Source: Chiloscyllium plagiosum
Taxonomy: Eukaryota
Direction of reading: 5' to 3'
Assembly (NCBI RefSeq): GCF_004010195.1
Contig: NC_057720.1
Span: 16,518,431 to 16,559,720 of the forward strand
Length of the DNA stretch: 41,290 nt
A model generated the notes under the pieces. That model was not told the DNA's origin. It made no database searches and saw nothing but the letters and a program-made list of their open reading frames with translations. A program made the position numbers and the translations under genes. Positions 23,239 to 35,540 of the stretch are shown one piece after another (position 1 is the first letter of the stretch; each line of letters opens with the position of its first letter).

Positions 23239-23370
23239 GAGCACCTGATGAAGGGCTTATGCCAGAAAAAAGGCTAGTCTCCTGTTCCTCGGATGCTGCC
23301 TGACCGGCTGGGCTTTTCCAGCACCACACTCTTAGACTCTGATCTCCAGGATCTGCAGTCCTCACTTGCT
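23239..23370 (+). mobile_element. Short PLE family A insert
   Basis: 15-bp TSD CCTATCACTGAGATT/CCTACCACTGAGATT (23224-23238 / 23371-23385). Starts GAGCAC-CTGATGAAGGGCTTATGCC. Confidence 0.87.
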
Positions 23371-24125
23371 CCTACCACTGAGATTATACTCATTGACCAA
23401 TAATTCCCGAGTCCATCTCTCTTACACTTCGTGTAAAGTGGAACTGCATTAGCCATCCTCCAGTCCTCCGGCACCTCCACTGTAGCTTAAGATGATTTTA
23501 AAAACTGGGTCAGGATCCTTGTAATTTCCTCCCTCATCTCCCACTGCAGCCTGGGATACAACTCACTCATTCAGACCTGGGGCTTTATCCACTTAAATCT
23601 GCCAAAACATCCTCGCTTCATATATCAATTGGCTCAAGAACCTAACAGCCTAGCTTCTTGAATTCCATACTTGCATCTTCATTCACCCAAGACAGACCAT
23701 GAAGTACTCATTTAACACTCTACCAACGTCATCCAGCTTAACGCACAGATTGTTTCCCACCCCAGTCTCAAATAGACCCTACTCTTTTTGATTATTCTCT
23801 TGTAGAATATCTTGGTATCTCCCTTATATTGTCAAATAGTATTTGCTCAGGCCACCTCTTTACTCTCCTAATTGCTTTCTTGACTTGTTCCTGCACGTCA
23901 CATTTTCCCATACAGCTTCTTATTTTGCTCCCTTTATTTTTGTTATACCTGTTCCTTTTTAAACCATTCCGGAATATTCCAGAACACCCATGGTTCTTTA
24001 GGCCTGTTGCTCCATTTTACTCTGAAGAGAATATGTTGGGCTTATATATCCCCCAGTAACTTATTTGAAGACAACCCACTGTTCTGTTGTAGATTTACCC
24101 TCAAGTAGCTACCCGGTCTATTTTA

Positions 24126-25044
24126 AAAGAACAAAGAAAATTTACAGTCCAGAAACAGGCCCTTTGGCCCGCCAAGCCTGAGCCAATGTAAATCCACTGT
24201 CTAAACCCATTGCCCAATTTCTAAACATTTGTATCTCTCTGCTCCCCACCTACTCATGCATCTGTCCAGACGCATCTTAAATTAATCTACCGTGCCTGCC
24301 TCTACCACCTCTACTGGCAATGCATTCCAAGCACCTACCACCCTGTGTGTAAAGTACTTGCAGCGTGTATCACCCTTGAAATAGTGACCTCTCGTTATTG
24401 AATCCTTCACCCTGGGAAAAAGCTGATCTCTATCTACCCTGTCTATACCCTTCATGATTTTGTAAATCTCAATCAGGTTTCCCCCACCCCCCCCCACACC
24501 CACACCATTTCCTTTTTCTAATGAAAACAATCCTAACCTACTCAACCTCTCTTCATAACTAGCACCTTCCATACCAGGCAACATCCTCGTAAACCTTCTC
24601 TATACCCTCTCCAAAGCGTCCACGTGCTTTTGGTAATGCAGTGACTCGAGCTGTACACAGTATTCTAAATGCGGCCAAACCAATATCTTGTACAATTTTA
24701 ACATGGGCTGCCAGCTTTTATATTCAGTACCCCATCCGATGAAGGCAAGCATACACATTCCTTCTTGACCATTCTATCCACCTGTGCAGCCACGATCAGG
24801 GTACAATGGACCTGCACTCCCAGATCTCTCTGCTCATGAACTTTTCCCCAGGCTCTTCTGTTTACAGTATAAATCGCTCTAGAATTTGACTTCCCAAAAT
24901 GCATCACCTCACATTTATCTGGATTGAACTCCATCTGTCACTTCTCAACCCAACTCTCCAGTGTACCTATATTCTCCTGTATTCTTTGGCAGTCCCTTAT
25001 GCTTTCTGCTACTCCATTCTTAGTGTTATCTGCAAACTTGTTGA
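24126..25044 (-). mobile_element. CR1 3' portion (RT C-terminal half plus tail)
   Basis: INKFADNTK, MEFNPDKCEVMHFG, THRVVGAWNALP and tail ...TTTCTTTGTTCTTT. Confidence 0.9.
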
Positions 25045-26470
25045 TAAACGTGGTGCCACTGTTTAAGAAGGGCGGTAAAGACAAGCCAGGGAACAACAGG
25101 CCGGTGAGACTGACGTCAGTGGTGGGCAAGTTGTTGGAGGGAATCCTGAGGGACAGGATGTACATGTACTTGGAAAGGCAAGGACTGATTAGGGATAGTC
25201 AACATGGTTTTGTGCGTGGGAAATTATGTCTCACAAACTTGATTGAGTTTTTTGATGAAGTAACAAAGATGATTGGATGAGGGCAGAGCAGTAGATGTGA
25301 TCTATATGGACTACAGTAAGGTGTTCGACAAGGTTCCCCATGTGAGACTGATTAGCAAGGTTAGATCTCACGGAATACAGGGAGAACTAGCCATTTGGAT
25401 ACAGAACTGGCTCAAAGGTAGAAGACAGAGGGTGGTGGTGGACGGTTGCTTTTCAGACTGGAGGCCTGTGACCAGTGGAGTGCCACAAGGATGGGTGCTG
25501 GACCCTCTACTTTTTGTCATTTACATAAATGATTTGTATGCGAGCATAAAAGAGGTACAGTTAGTAAGTTTGCAGATGACACCAAAATTGGAGCAAAGAG
25601 GGTTACCTCAGATCACAACAGGATCTGGACCAGATGGGCCAATGGGCTGAGAAGTGGCAGCTGGAGTTTAATTCAGAAAAATGCGAGGTGCTGCATTTTG
25701 GGAAAGCAAATCTTAGCAGGACTTATACACTTAATGGTAAGGTCCTAGAGAGAGTGTTGCTGAACAAAGGGACCTTGGAGTGCAGGTTCATAGCTCCTTG
25801 AAAGTGGAGTCACAGGTAGACAGGATAGTGAAGGCGTTTGGAATGCTCTCCTTTATTGGTCAGAGTATTGAGTACAGGAGTTGGGAGGTCATGTTGCGGC
25901 CGTACAGGACATTGGTTAGGCCACTGTTGGAATATTGCGTGCAATTCTGATCTCCTTCCTTTCGGAAAGATGTTGTGAAACTTGAAAGGGTTCAGAAAAG
26001 ATTTACAAGGATGTTGCCAGGGTTGGAGGATCTTAGCTACAGGGAGAGGCTGAACAGGTTGGGGCTGTTTTCGCTGGAGCGGAGGCTGAGGGGTGACCTT
26101 ACAGAGGTTTACAAAATCATGAGGGGCATGGATAGGATAAATAGGCAAAGTCTTTTCCCTGGGGTTGGGGAGTCCAGAACTAGAGGGCATAGGTTTAGGG
26201 TGAGAGGAGAAAGATATAAAAGAGACCTAAGGAGCAACGTTTTCACGCAGAGGGTGGTACGTGTATGGAATGAGCTGCCAGAGGATGTGGTGGAGGCGGT
26301 ACAATTGCAACATTTAAGAGGCATTTGGATGGGTATATGAATAGGAAGGGTTTGGAGGGATATGGGCCGGGTGATGGCAGGTGGGACTAGATTGGGTTGG
26401 GATATCTGGTCGGCATGGACAGGTTGGACCGAAGGGTCTGTTTCCATGCTGTACATCTCTATGACTCTGA
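25045..26470 (+). mobile_element. 5'-truncated CR1 (RT plus tail), same family as 2741-5528
   Basis: NVVPLFKKGGKDKPGN..., [21 protein letters not shown] and tail TGTACATCTCTATGACTCTGA. Confidence 0.93.
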
Positions 26471-28890
26471 CTCCGTGAACATTGATGCAAAGTGATCATT
26501 CAGAATCTCACTCATTCTCTCCGGTTCAACACACAGCCTTCCTTCCTTATCCTTTAGTGGACCAATCCTTTATCTGCTCGCTTCTTAAACAAGAATAAAG
26601 TTAGATTACTTACAATACTTTGGGATTTTCCTTAATTCTGCTCACTAAAGCTTTTTCATTAACCCTTTTAGTCAGCTCGATTCCTCGTTTAAGACTGGTC
26701 CAGGACCTGTTCAGCTCTTAGCTGCCTGGACCTTATGTACGCTTCCTTTTTCCTCTTGGCTAATCATACAATTTCACCTGTCACCTACGGTTCACGAATC
26801 TTGCCGTTCCTATCCTTTGCTTTCAACAGGACATGCCTATCTTGCACTATCTTTGAAAGCCTCTCACATATCAAATATGGACTTCCCTTCAAATAGTTGT
26901 GTCCAATCCACATTTCCCAGCTCCTGCCTGATTTTGATATAATTAGCCTTGGCCCAGTTTAGTACCCTTCCCTTAGGACCACTCACCTTTATCTACAAGT
27001 ATTCTAAAACTTAGAATTGTGGTCACTGTTTCCAAAGAAATCCCCCACTGCAACTTTTACCACCTGGCTTGGCTCATTCCCCAACACCAGGTCCAATATG
27101 GCCCCTTCCCTCATTGGACTATTGACATACTGCTCTCGAAAACTCTCCTGGTCGCTTCTTACAAATTCTGCCCCATCCAGACCTCTGATACTTAGTGTAT
27201 CCCAGTCAATGTTGGGAAAATTAAAATCTCCCAAAACCACCTCCCTGTTGCCTCTACATCTTTCCAGAATCTGTTTACCTATTTGTTCTTCTACCTCACG
27301 CTCACCTTTCGGAGGCCCGTAATATAGACCCAACAATGTAACTGCACTCGTATTTCTCAGCTCCAACCATAATGCCTCACTACTCAAGCCCTCCATAGTG
27401 TCCTCCTTTAACACAGCCCTGACCAGCAATGCAACTCCTACCCCCCTTTTACTTCCCTCCCTGCCCTTCTGAAGCATCTTTATCTTGGAACATTTAGTTG
27501 CCAATCATCCCCTTGCCTCAACCAATTTGCTGTGATTGCAATAATGTCATACTACCAGGCACCAATCCAAGCCCTTCGTTAATCTGTCTTGCCCACCAGT
27601 TCTTTTGCGTTCATCTGCTCTCTGCCTACTCTTCCCCTTATTCGTGCTAACTGCATGATTCTTACAGTCTCTAGTTTCCACCTTGCTGTCTACTGGTCTT
27701 CTCTTCTGGTTCCTAGCCACCTGCCACATTAGTTTAAAATCTCCCTAAGAGCAGTAGCAAAAACTCCCCCAAGGACGGGTTCCAGTCTGGTTCAGGTGTA
27801 GACCGTCCAATTTGTAATAGTCCTACCTTCCTCAGAACCGGTCCCAATGTCTAACAAATCTGAACCCCCTCCCCCAAGTCACGTGTTCATCCTGCCTTTT
27901 TATTTCATTTCTACGCTGGCTAGCACGTGGCACTGGTAGTAATCCTGAGATCGGTACCTTTGAGGTCCTCCTCTTCAACTTCTCTCCTAGCTCCCTGAAT
28001 TATGCTTTCAGGACCTCATCTCGTGTTTTGACTTATATCGTTGGTGCCTATATGCACCAAGACAACTGGCTGTTCACCCTCCCCTTTTAGAATGCTCTGC
28101 AGCCAATTGGTGACATTCCTGACCTGAGCACCTGGGAGGCAACATATCATCCGGGTGTCCCGTTTTCAGCCACAGAACCGCCTGATAGGGGATTCTATTG
28201 CAAGGGGACTATGTCTATGGCCCTACGAGTCTTTTTCCCCACCCTTCTGAACAGCAGTGCCCACCACAGTGCCATGATCTTGACAACTGCTGCCCTCCCC
28301 CTGGTAATCCATCTCCCCCAAGTGTCCAAAACTGTATACCTGTTTTGGAGGGAGATGACCACAGAGGACACCGGCACTGCCTTCCTACTCTTTTTCTGCC
28401 TTTTGGTCACCTGTTCATCGTCTCCCTCAGCAATTCTAACCTGCGAAGTGACCAGTTCACTAAACATGCTATCCATTATCTCCTCAGCATCGCAGATGCT
28501 CCAGAGTCCATCCACAGCTCCAGAGCAGTCATGTGGTCAAACAAGAGCTGTGGATGGACACTTCGTGCAAGTGTAAGAGTCAGGGACGTAAGCCACATTC
28601 CTGAGCTCCCACATCAAGCAAGAGGCACATGCAATGGGTCTGAGGAGCCCTGCCATTGTAAGCCTTAGCTTTATATCAAATAACTAAAACCAAACAATGC
28701 ACATAAATATAAGAAAGAAGAGGAGAGGAAAAAAAATAAAAACCTTAGTGGTGCTGGAGGAGGGGGAAAGAGATACTACATGTGTCGTATCTCAAGTTTA
28801 GCTGCTGCCCGAATATATACGAAGCCCTTACCTTCCAGGCACCCTCCTGATCTCCACGTCACCTCTGATCTGTCTCCCACTGCTCCCAGA
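26471..28890 (-). mobile_element. CR1 5' portion: 5'UTR, ORF1 (zinc finger plus SGNH esterase), ORF2 endonuclease
   Basis: ORF1 ATG at 28656 (MAGLLRPIACASCLMWE...YTCTKC), VHIGTND and DGLHLNQTGT. EN: LLGLYYGPP, LGDFNFPNIDW, GNSDHN. Confidence 0.9.
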
Positions 28891-28989
28891 CAGGAGAAAG
28901 TGGCCAGATTTTATTTAATAAAATCTACCATATCCCAACCAAAAATCCTTTTTTGCAGACTTTCTCCTTTTGCACAACAAACTTAAAAC

Positions 28990-31180
28990 TTAATGTTCTG
29001 AACATCACGAAAATGCTCTCACACAGTCACTTTGAACAACTGCCTGGCTTCATTGCCCTGAATTAGGCCCAGCACTGCACTTTTCCTTGTAGTGCTATTT
29101 GCATATGGACATAAAAAGCTCTTGTGTATATTTCAAATAAATCTACCCCTCGAAATCTGATAATATTATCCCTATTAATACTTGAGTAGTTGAAATTCCC
29201 TAATAGTAACTGCTATTGCTTTTACACGCCTTGGTGAATTGATTATTTATCTGCTCAACTGCCTGCTGACTGCTTGGGGCAATGACATTCTCCTAACAGC
29301 ATTATTGCACCCTTTTTTATTCAAGTTCTCTCCACAAAGCCTAAATTTATTGCAGTAACTAGCTCCCTAAATAACAATACAACACAACCTCCACTTCTTC
29401 ACCACTCCATCCCCCCTAACCCTGTCCTGCCTGAAGATGCTGTATCTCGGAATGTTAAATTGCCAGTCTTGTCCAACCTTCAACGACATCATAGTTCCAA
29501 GTGTCAATGTCCTTAGCTCACCTCAAATGCCAAAATACAATTTGCCTTCCTTATTATGTGCTGTACCTGCATTCTAGCGTTCTGCAATTTATGCACAAGG
29601 ACACTAAACTCTGGAACAAACAGCTTCAAGTTGCTCTCCATGGAGATAAAAAAATTGCCTTTATTCCTCTGACCAAAATGGATAATCTCTTCTTGAACAC
29701 AGAACATGGAATAGTACAGCAAAGTTACAGGCTTTTCAACCCACCATGTCAACCCTGATGCTATTCTAAACTAATCCCATCTACCTACACATGGCCCATA
29801 TTCCTTTATTCCCTGCTGTTCACATATCTGACCACATCAAACTTTTGCCATATTTTGGCCCATTCACCTAACCCATCCACATTTTTAAAATTTCTTAATT
29901 GCAACTTAATTTTCCCACTTAATTTAGGTGTCATCTGCAAATTTGATTTGCTGTGCCTGCATCCAAGTCATTAATATATAGTAAACAGTTGGGGCCAGAG
30001 GGTCGAACCCAGTGACACCTCACTGGTTACATCGTGCTAACCAGAAAAAGACCCATTTATCCTGACACTGCTTTCAATTGGTTAGCCAACCCTCCATTCA
30101 AGCTAATAAATTACCTCTAACCCGAAGTGTACAAGGTATGAGCAGGTAGGAAAAGAGTTAGGTTTCGGGTTGCTTAACAAAGGCTCAACTAGTATGACTT
30201 TGACCAGATAGGAACTTGCAGTAAACAATGAGGTGCTGGAGGCAAGGGTAGTGGTTTAACGATTGTAATGGTCACCCAATCAATACAGATGTTGCCTTAT
30301 TTGGATGCTGCTCCCTGTAAGTGGCTATAGAATTCCTTGAGAATCTACTGTTCTCACCCTTCTCTGTGCACATGAATGATCATTCTCTCACCAGGGCCCA
30401 GAATAAAGATGAAGCAGGTAAAACCAGACTGTGTCTGAGTGTTTGCTTCGACTGATGTGGGCATAGGGAAATGGGACGACAACCCAATGTGATCTTACTT
30501 TTTATATTAAGCTTCTGTGTGGCAGCTCCTGACTAAATGTCTTCTGGAAATCCAAATATACCACATGCACAGGATAACTTTTGTTAAGTTATTTGATAAC
30601 TTATTTGTTAAGTCTTTGAAGAACTCTAGCAAATTAGTCAAGTATGATTTATCCTTCAAAAAAAAAGCATACGGTCTCCGACGGATCATGTTTCTACTTC
30701 ATTAATGTTGTATTATTTCCTTAATAATGAATTCTAACCATTTCCCCAATTAAGTGTTAAACTTCTTTAACTGGTCTACAGTTTCCTACTTTCTGCCTCC
30801 TCTTTTTAAGTATGCAACCTTTCCCACATCCAAGGAATCTTAGAATTTTGCAACCAACAGATCCAACATGTCAGCAGCCACTTCCTTTCAGACCAGAGGA
30901 TTTAGGCCATTATGCCCTCGAGACTTGTCTGCCCTCAAACCCGATAATTTGCTCAGTATTTCCTTCCCAGAGTTGATTGTTTTAAGTTCCTCCTTTCGTC
31001 TAACTATTGCAATATTTATTACTTTTGGAGTGGTAGTGTTCCCCTTTACTGCAAAAACTGAAGCAAAATATTGTTTTAGTCACTCCACCATTTCTATTTC
31101 CCCATTAACAACTCCCTAGTCTTGTCCTCCAAGGGACCGTTCACTTGAAATACTTTCTTCCTTTGTAAGTACTTCTAAAA
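28990..31180 (-). mobile_element. Cluster of old CR1 ORF2 fragments (EN and RT), interrupted by a solo LTR
   Basis: Minus peptides KSYLTNLLEFF, EIIHFG and VQHIIRKANCILAF. TTTGCAGATGACACCTAA encodes an FADDT-like motif at ~29925-29942. Confidence 0.75.
30124..30482 (+). mobile_element. Solo LTR (internally deleted), same family as 38134-38674 and 39730-40263
   Basis: Shared blocks AAAAGAGTTAGGTT, GTTGCCTTAT.TGGA.GCT, TCTCTGTGCACATG, GAATAAAGATGAAG and end GACAA. AACCC repeated at the flanks. Confidence 0.8.
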
Positions 31181-31479
31181 ATGTCCACTGACATTGGTAG
31201 CCAATACACGGCAGTCTCTAAAATCCTTCATGGCACATCTCCAATCCACACGAAGAACACTTCAGCATTGGCAATTATTACTGCAATGCTCCAGCAAGGA
31301 CACACTATACACTGAGCGTCACACCCAGCTCAGGGACTGGACCAGGTTGCATTTCCAGACACTCAGCCTAGCTGGATAGAGCATCACTACCTTGCATTGC
31401 CTTTTGAGCTTTAACACCCTCAGTCATAAGTTCACAATACTTTTGATTTGTCTTGTTGTTTAGCATAAACACAAAGGCA

Positions 31480-32307
31480 GGGACATTGACATGGTGGTCA
31501 GCAGGCCTTAGTCAAGTCATAGGAGAGAGCCTCCAATCAAAGGGCTGTGGCGCAGTAAGTTGAATCTGAAAACCTATTCTAGATGAAAACGTGTGACACA
31601 CTCATTGATGTAGTGAGCTGTCCCAAGTGAGAAGGCAGCACAAAGGGCATGTAGGATTGGAAGTGCTGGTGCCTGGGATGAATGAGAGCAATTAAGAGAA
31701 TATGGTGTAGGAAACAGTAAATAATGGATAACAACATGGGTCTTGGTGGGAGGTGGCTATTGTAGCAAAGAGAGTGTGTGTCAAGTTGATGAGCTGATGG
31801 TGGCACTCATACTGGCAGAGTGAGGAGGTCATTGACCTTCTTCCTACAATGCTGGGCACTGCTCCAGATGACAGATTGCTTTAATTCAGGTGGCAACTCA
31901 GATCAGAATGGCATAGTTTAATGTCCTGACCTCCATTGCTGGTCTCGGGGGTGGGCAAAGAGGAAGTCCTTTTCAGTATCACTCTGTGCAGTAGGATCTG
32001 TTGACAAAATGAGGCACCAGTTTTCCCAGTCGGTTATTTCCAGGGCATATGTCAGGAACCGTGCAGGACAGCTCCAGGCTTAGTGCTTGATACAGTGCAT
32101 AACAGGCCTTTAAAGATGGTACAGATGCAAGGGATGCCAGTGAATTCTGGGCTTATGGCCAAGTGGTGAGATGTTTTGGAAACAGCATGTGGCAAGATGG
32201 GACAGGGTAGGCATTTAATGAGATGACTTTAAGATACGGTGTCTCATGGCAGGAATTCTTCCAAAAACTGTAAGTTGGACGTAGCCAAAAAACCTAAGAT
32301 TTAGCCC
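31480..32307 (-). mobile_element. PIF/Harbinger-type DNA transposon remnant with Myb/SANT-like domain
   Basis: Minus peptide ...SAQHCRKKVNDLLTL (~31815-31860), preceded with a frameshift by a W-x-EVA-like segment, as in NAIF1-like Myb/SANT domains. Possible terminus GGGCTAAATCTT at 32307. Left boundary uncertain. Confidence 0.55.
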
Positions 32308-32499
32308 AAGAAGTTAGGGACAAGGAAGGGCTACTGAAGTTCTCCTATCCTAACACAGGATAATATTTGTAAAATCTCCATTTAAGTGTACCAACCTACT
32401 TGGTGGCTTCTTCCACGCCTGAAACTTAACTGAATAAAGAATTTACTGCAAAATTGGTTTATAATTTAGTTTTCACCAATTTCTAATTTTTGTTTGCTT

Positions 32500-32722
32500 T
32501 AAAAACACAAAGGCATGGAGAAACTAACCAGGTCTTACAGCATCTGTTTTTGTTTCTCCCTTTCACAATGTATGGACTCCGAAATGATACTTCCTCAAAG
32601 GATTCTTCCAAAGAAGAGTCCATGACTGTTGCTTTCTCTACTGAGCGTACCAGACCTGCTGAGTTTCTTCAGCGTTATGTTTTTTGTATTTCAGACTTAC
32701 AGCATTCACTATATTTTGCTTT
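32500..32722. mobile_element. Very old fold-back PLE terminal-repeat pair
   Basis: Left AAACTAACCAGGTCTTACAGCATCTG versus right CCAGACCTGCTGAGTTTCTTCAGC. Confidence 0.6.
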
Positions 32723-32839
32723 TATATATTTTCTGCTTCTCTGGCTTACTTTGAGGCTATGTTCTTGACTGTATGTAGTTATCTTCATTTTCTAATTCAG
32801 TACCAATCACATCCCAGTGGCATTGTCAGACACTTTGGG

Positions 32840-33026
32840 AAGTGAAGACCGCAGATGCTGGAGATCAGAATCGAAAGCGTGGTGCTGGAAAAGCACAGGA
32901 GGTCAGGCAGCATCAGAGGAGCAGGAGAATCAACGTTTGGGTCACAAGCCCTTCATCAGGAATGAAGGCTTATGCCCGAAACGTCGATTCGCCTGCAACC
33001 CGAATGCTGTCTGACCTGTGTTTTTC
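32840..33026. mobile_element. Fold-back PLE family A insert
   Basis: 13-bp TSD CAGACACTTTGGG (32827-32839 / 33027-33039). The two arms join at their hammerhead cores (~32935-32990). Confidence 0.88.
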
Positions 33027-33424
33027 CAGACACTTTGGGTCCTGGATTATGGTTTTCAATGCCACAAAGTGGTCTTTTTGCATGCTAAATATGTCTATTG
33101 TTTACCCAGAGCTTGTAAAGGATTGAAAATATTATATTACAGACACTTGCAAAGATACATGAATAAAATATGTATCACTATTTACCTCACCTTTATTAAA
33201 GCTTCATACCTCAAAATGATCTCTCAGTTGAGTAAATCTCTTTTTCCTGTTCTATACTTCCACTAATGGATCTGCAGTTTTTTGCTGAAACACTGGTGAA
33301 CAGACATCTTTTACATACTCAGGTTTCAAGTCACTAGGATCTTCAAGAGGTGGTCTTTGCCACAACCATACAAACACGGAATAAGTTTCTACTGACAGCT
33401 TTATTTATTTTTGTTATGGTTTGT

Positions 33425-33870
33425 TTAGAAGAGTAGAAACACAAAATAAGAGTAGGCCACTTGGCCATTCGAGCCTCATCCAACACTGAACATGTTCATG
33501 GTTGACCCTCTGTGACACACACACTCTGTCACCCCATTCACCTCAACATCTTTATTTCTTAAATATATTCATAAAGGATAAAGAGATTTATGATTTGGTT
33601 TCCACAGCCATCTGTGATAGAATGGTGAGCATGTGGAATTCCCTATGAAAAGAAGATTTTTCTCATCTCATTCCAAATGGCCTACCACATAACCTGACAC
33701 TATGATCCATGTTCCGGACTCCCTGGTCTGGGGAAAACATCATTCTGTATCCAAGATGTTCAGCCCTGATATTTTTTCTGTATCACTAAGACCCTCTCTC
33801 TTTCTTCTGCAACTCAATCGAATAAAGGTTGAGTTGGCCCAATCTTTCAAATGAGAAATCTACAAGCTCA
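33425..33870 (-). mobile_element. Old CR1 3' fragment with tail
   Basis: GAGTAGGCCACTTGGCCATTCGAGCC tail motif and downstream CR1 3' sequence. Confidence 0.65.
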
Positions 33871-35014
33871 GCAGTCAGTCCAGTGAACCGAATTTCTTTA
33901 TTGCTTGCTGACAGGACTCCTTTATTTAATTAACTGAATTTAAATCTCATTGGAATTTGAATCTTTAATTCAGGACTATAATCCAGTGATAGTAACACAT
34001 CCACTCAGCTATTGTAACTTACTGTAAAGCAGGTAGTGCAACCTTACATAACTTTCTAGCCTGGTTTGACAGAAAATTGATGCAGAGTGCCACAGACCTC
34101 AATCTGCCATCCTAAAGGGTAACAGCACAACCAACATATTTACTAACTCTGCACAAGTGACAGAAAGCAGCAGGATCAGCCAACCACTGCAGCAAACGTG
34201 ACCAACAGTTACAGGCCATGACATGAAAGGAGGTCAAAGGGACAGAACCACACAAACCTCACCTAACCATCATAGAAAAGTTGCTCTTTATTTGAGCAAC
34301 TTATACGACTCAGTTTTCTCATGTCTGGAAAATCAGCAAGTTCAAAAACTTCAATTTATATGGCACTTTTGATGGGAGTGCGCCAAACGTACAAATATAT
34401 AATTAAACAAAACTTGACAGTGTCAAAGGAAATAGTAAGTGACAGAAATAACTGGTCAAATAAGATACGTGTTGAAATCTGCCTAAGAACTAAGTGAAGA
34501 TATCCAGGGACAATCCAAAGTCCAGGAGTCTAAATGGTCAAAAGGTACAGACTCTGATAATGGAGGCAAAGAACTTCACATGTATATGAGCTTAGGAGTG
34601 AAGGCAAACAAAGTTTTATTTCGTGGTTAGACTGCCAAAAGCTGCACGTATGCATCATGGAGTTTTTAATCAACCGAAATATACATAGAATGAGAGGGTG
34701 ATCAGGAGAGGACTGAAATAGTTAAGTCATTAGGAGGTAAAGTGATAGATAAGGGTTGAAGCAACAGAATGACTGAGGCAAGGATAAAGATGACCAATGT
34801 CACAAGAGTAGATAATTTATGTGAATAAGATAATTTGGGATAAGAAATACATCCAATTTATTCAGATACAAAAACATTAAATTAACGATGGTTTATCTCC
34901 ACAGTATCACACAAACATGTTGACATTTTCCCCTCAAATCCATTTGGAATAAGTAAATAACATGCAAGCAAATAGATTTGCTTTATATTTTCCTTACACT
35001 AGCATCAACACTAA

Positions 35015-35540
35015 TGGTGCCAGGGATAAGCAGCTTCAGTTAGAAGGACAGATTGAAAAGGTCGGGACTGTTCTCCTTGGCGAAGACTAAACAGAGATCT
35101 GATCTAGGATTACAAAACCAAGAAGGGATTGGATACAGTAGAGAGGGAGAAACTATTCCGGCCATAAAAGGATCAAGCAACAGAGAGCACAGGTTTAATG
35201 TGATTTGCAAAAGGAACGAATAGGACGCAAATAGTAAATACTTTCACACAGTGAGCCATCTGGGTATGAACTGGACTGCCTGGAAGTGTAGTGGAGGCAG
35301 GTTCAACAGAGGCATTCAAGAGGGTATTGAATATGTTGGTTGTGGTGTTACCCTTTAAGATGCCAGATGAGGTCTGTGGCATTCTGCATCAATTTTTTGT
35401 CATACCAGGCTAGAAAGTAAATGAAAGAAATAATGTGCATGAGTATGGGAAAAGGAAGAAATTGACAGCAAGTAATGAGGTTCACTTGATAACCCAGTGC
35501 AAAAAAGATGAGCTGAATAATCTTTTGCACCAGAACAACT
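35015..35540 (+). mobile_element. Old CR1 3' fragment
   Basis: Decayed MVPG...RLKRSGLFSL...FT..WNxLP pattern (TGAACTGGACTGCCTGGAAGTGTAGTGGAGGCAG). Confidence 0.7.

Larger units (their letters stand above)
21520..24120 (-). mobile_element. Old CR1 ORF2 (3' two-thirds), with three PLE inserts
   Basis: Minus-strand EVPEDWRMANAVPLY and GSMLGPSLFVMLVNDVD..SQFAGYTK. Confidence 0.85.

Noticed and set aside
31200..31440. Possible very old PLE GIY-YIG C-terminal remnant
   Set aside because: The resemblance is only faint (LQCSS..., FQTLS.AG) and too degenerate to support by eye.
34278..34302. 9-bp hairpin AAGTTGCTC-N7-GAGCAACTT
   Set aside because: It is short, isolated and plausible by chance in 41 kb. 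There is no supporting context.
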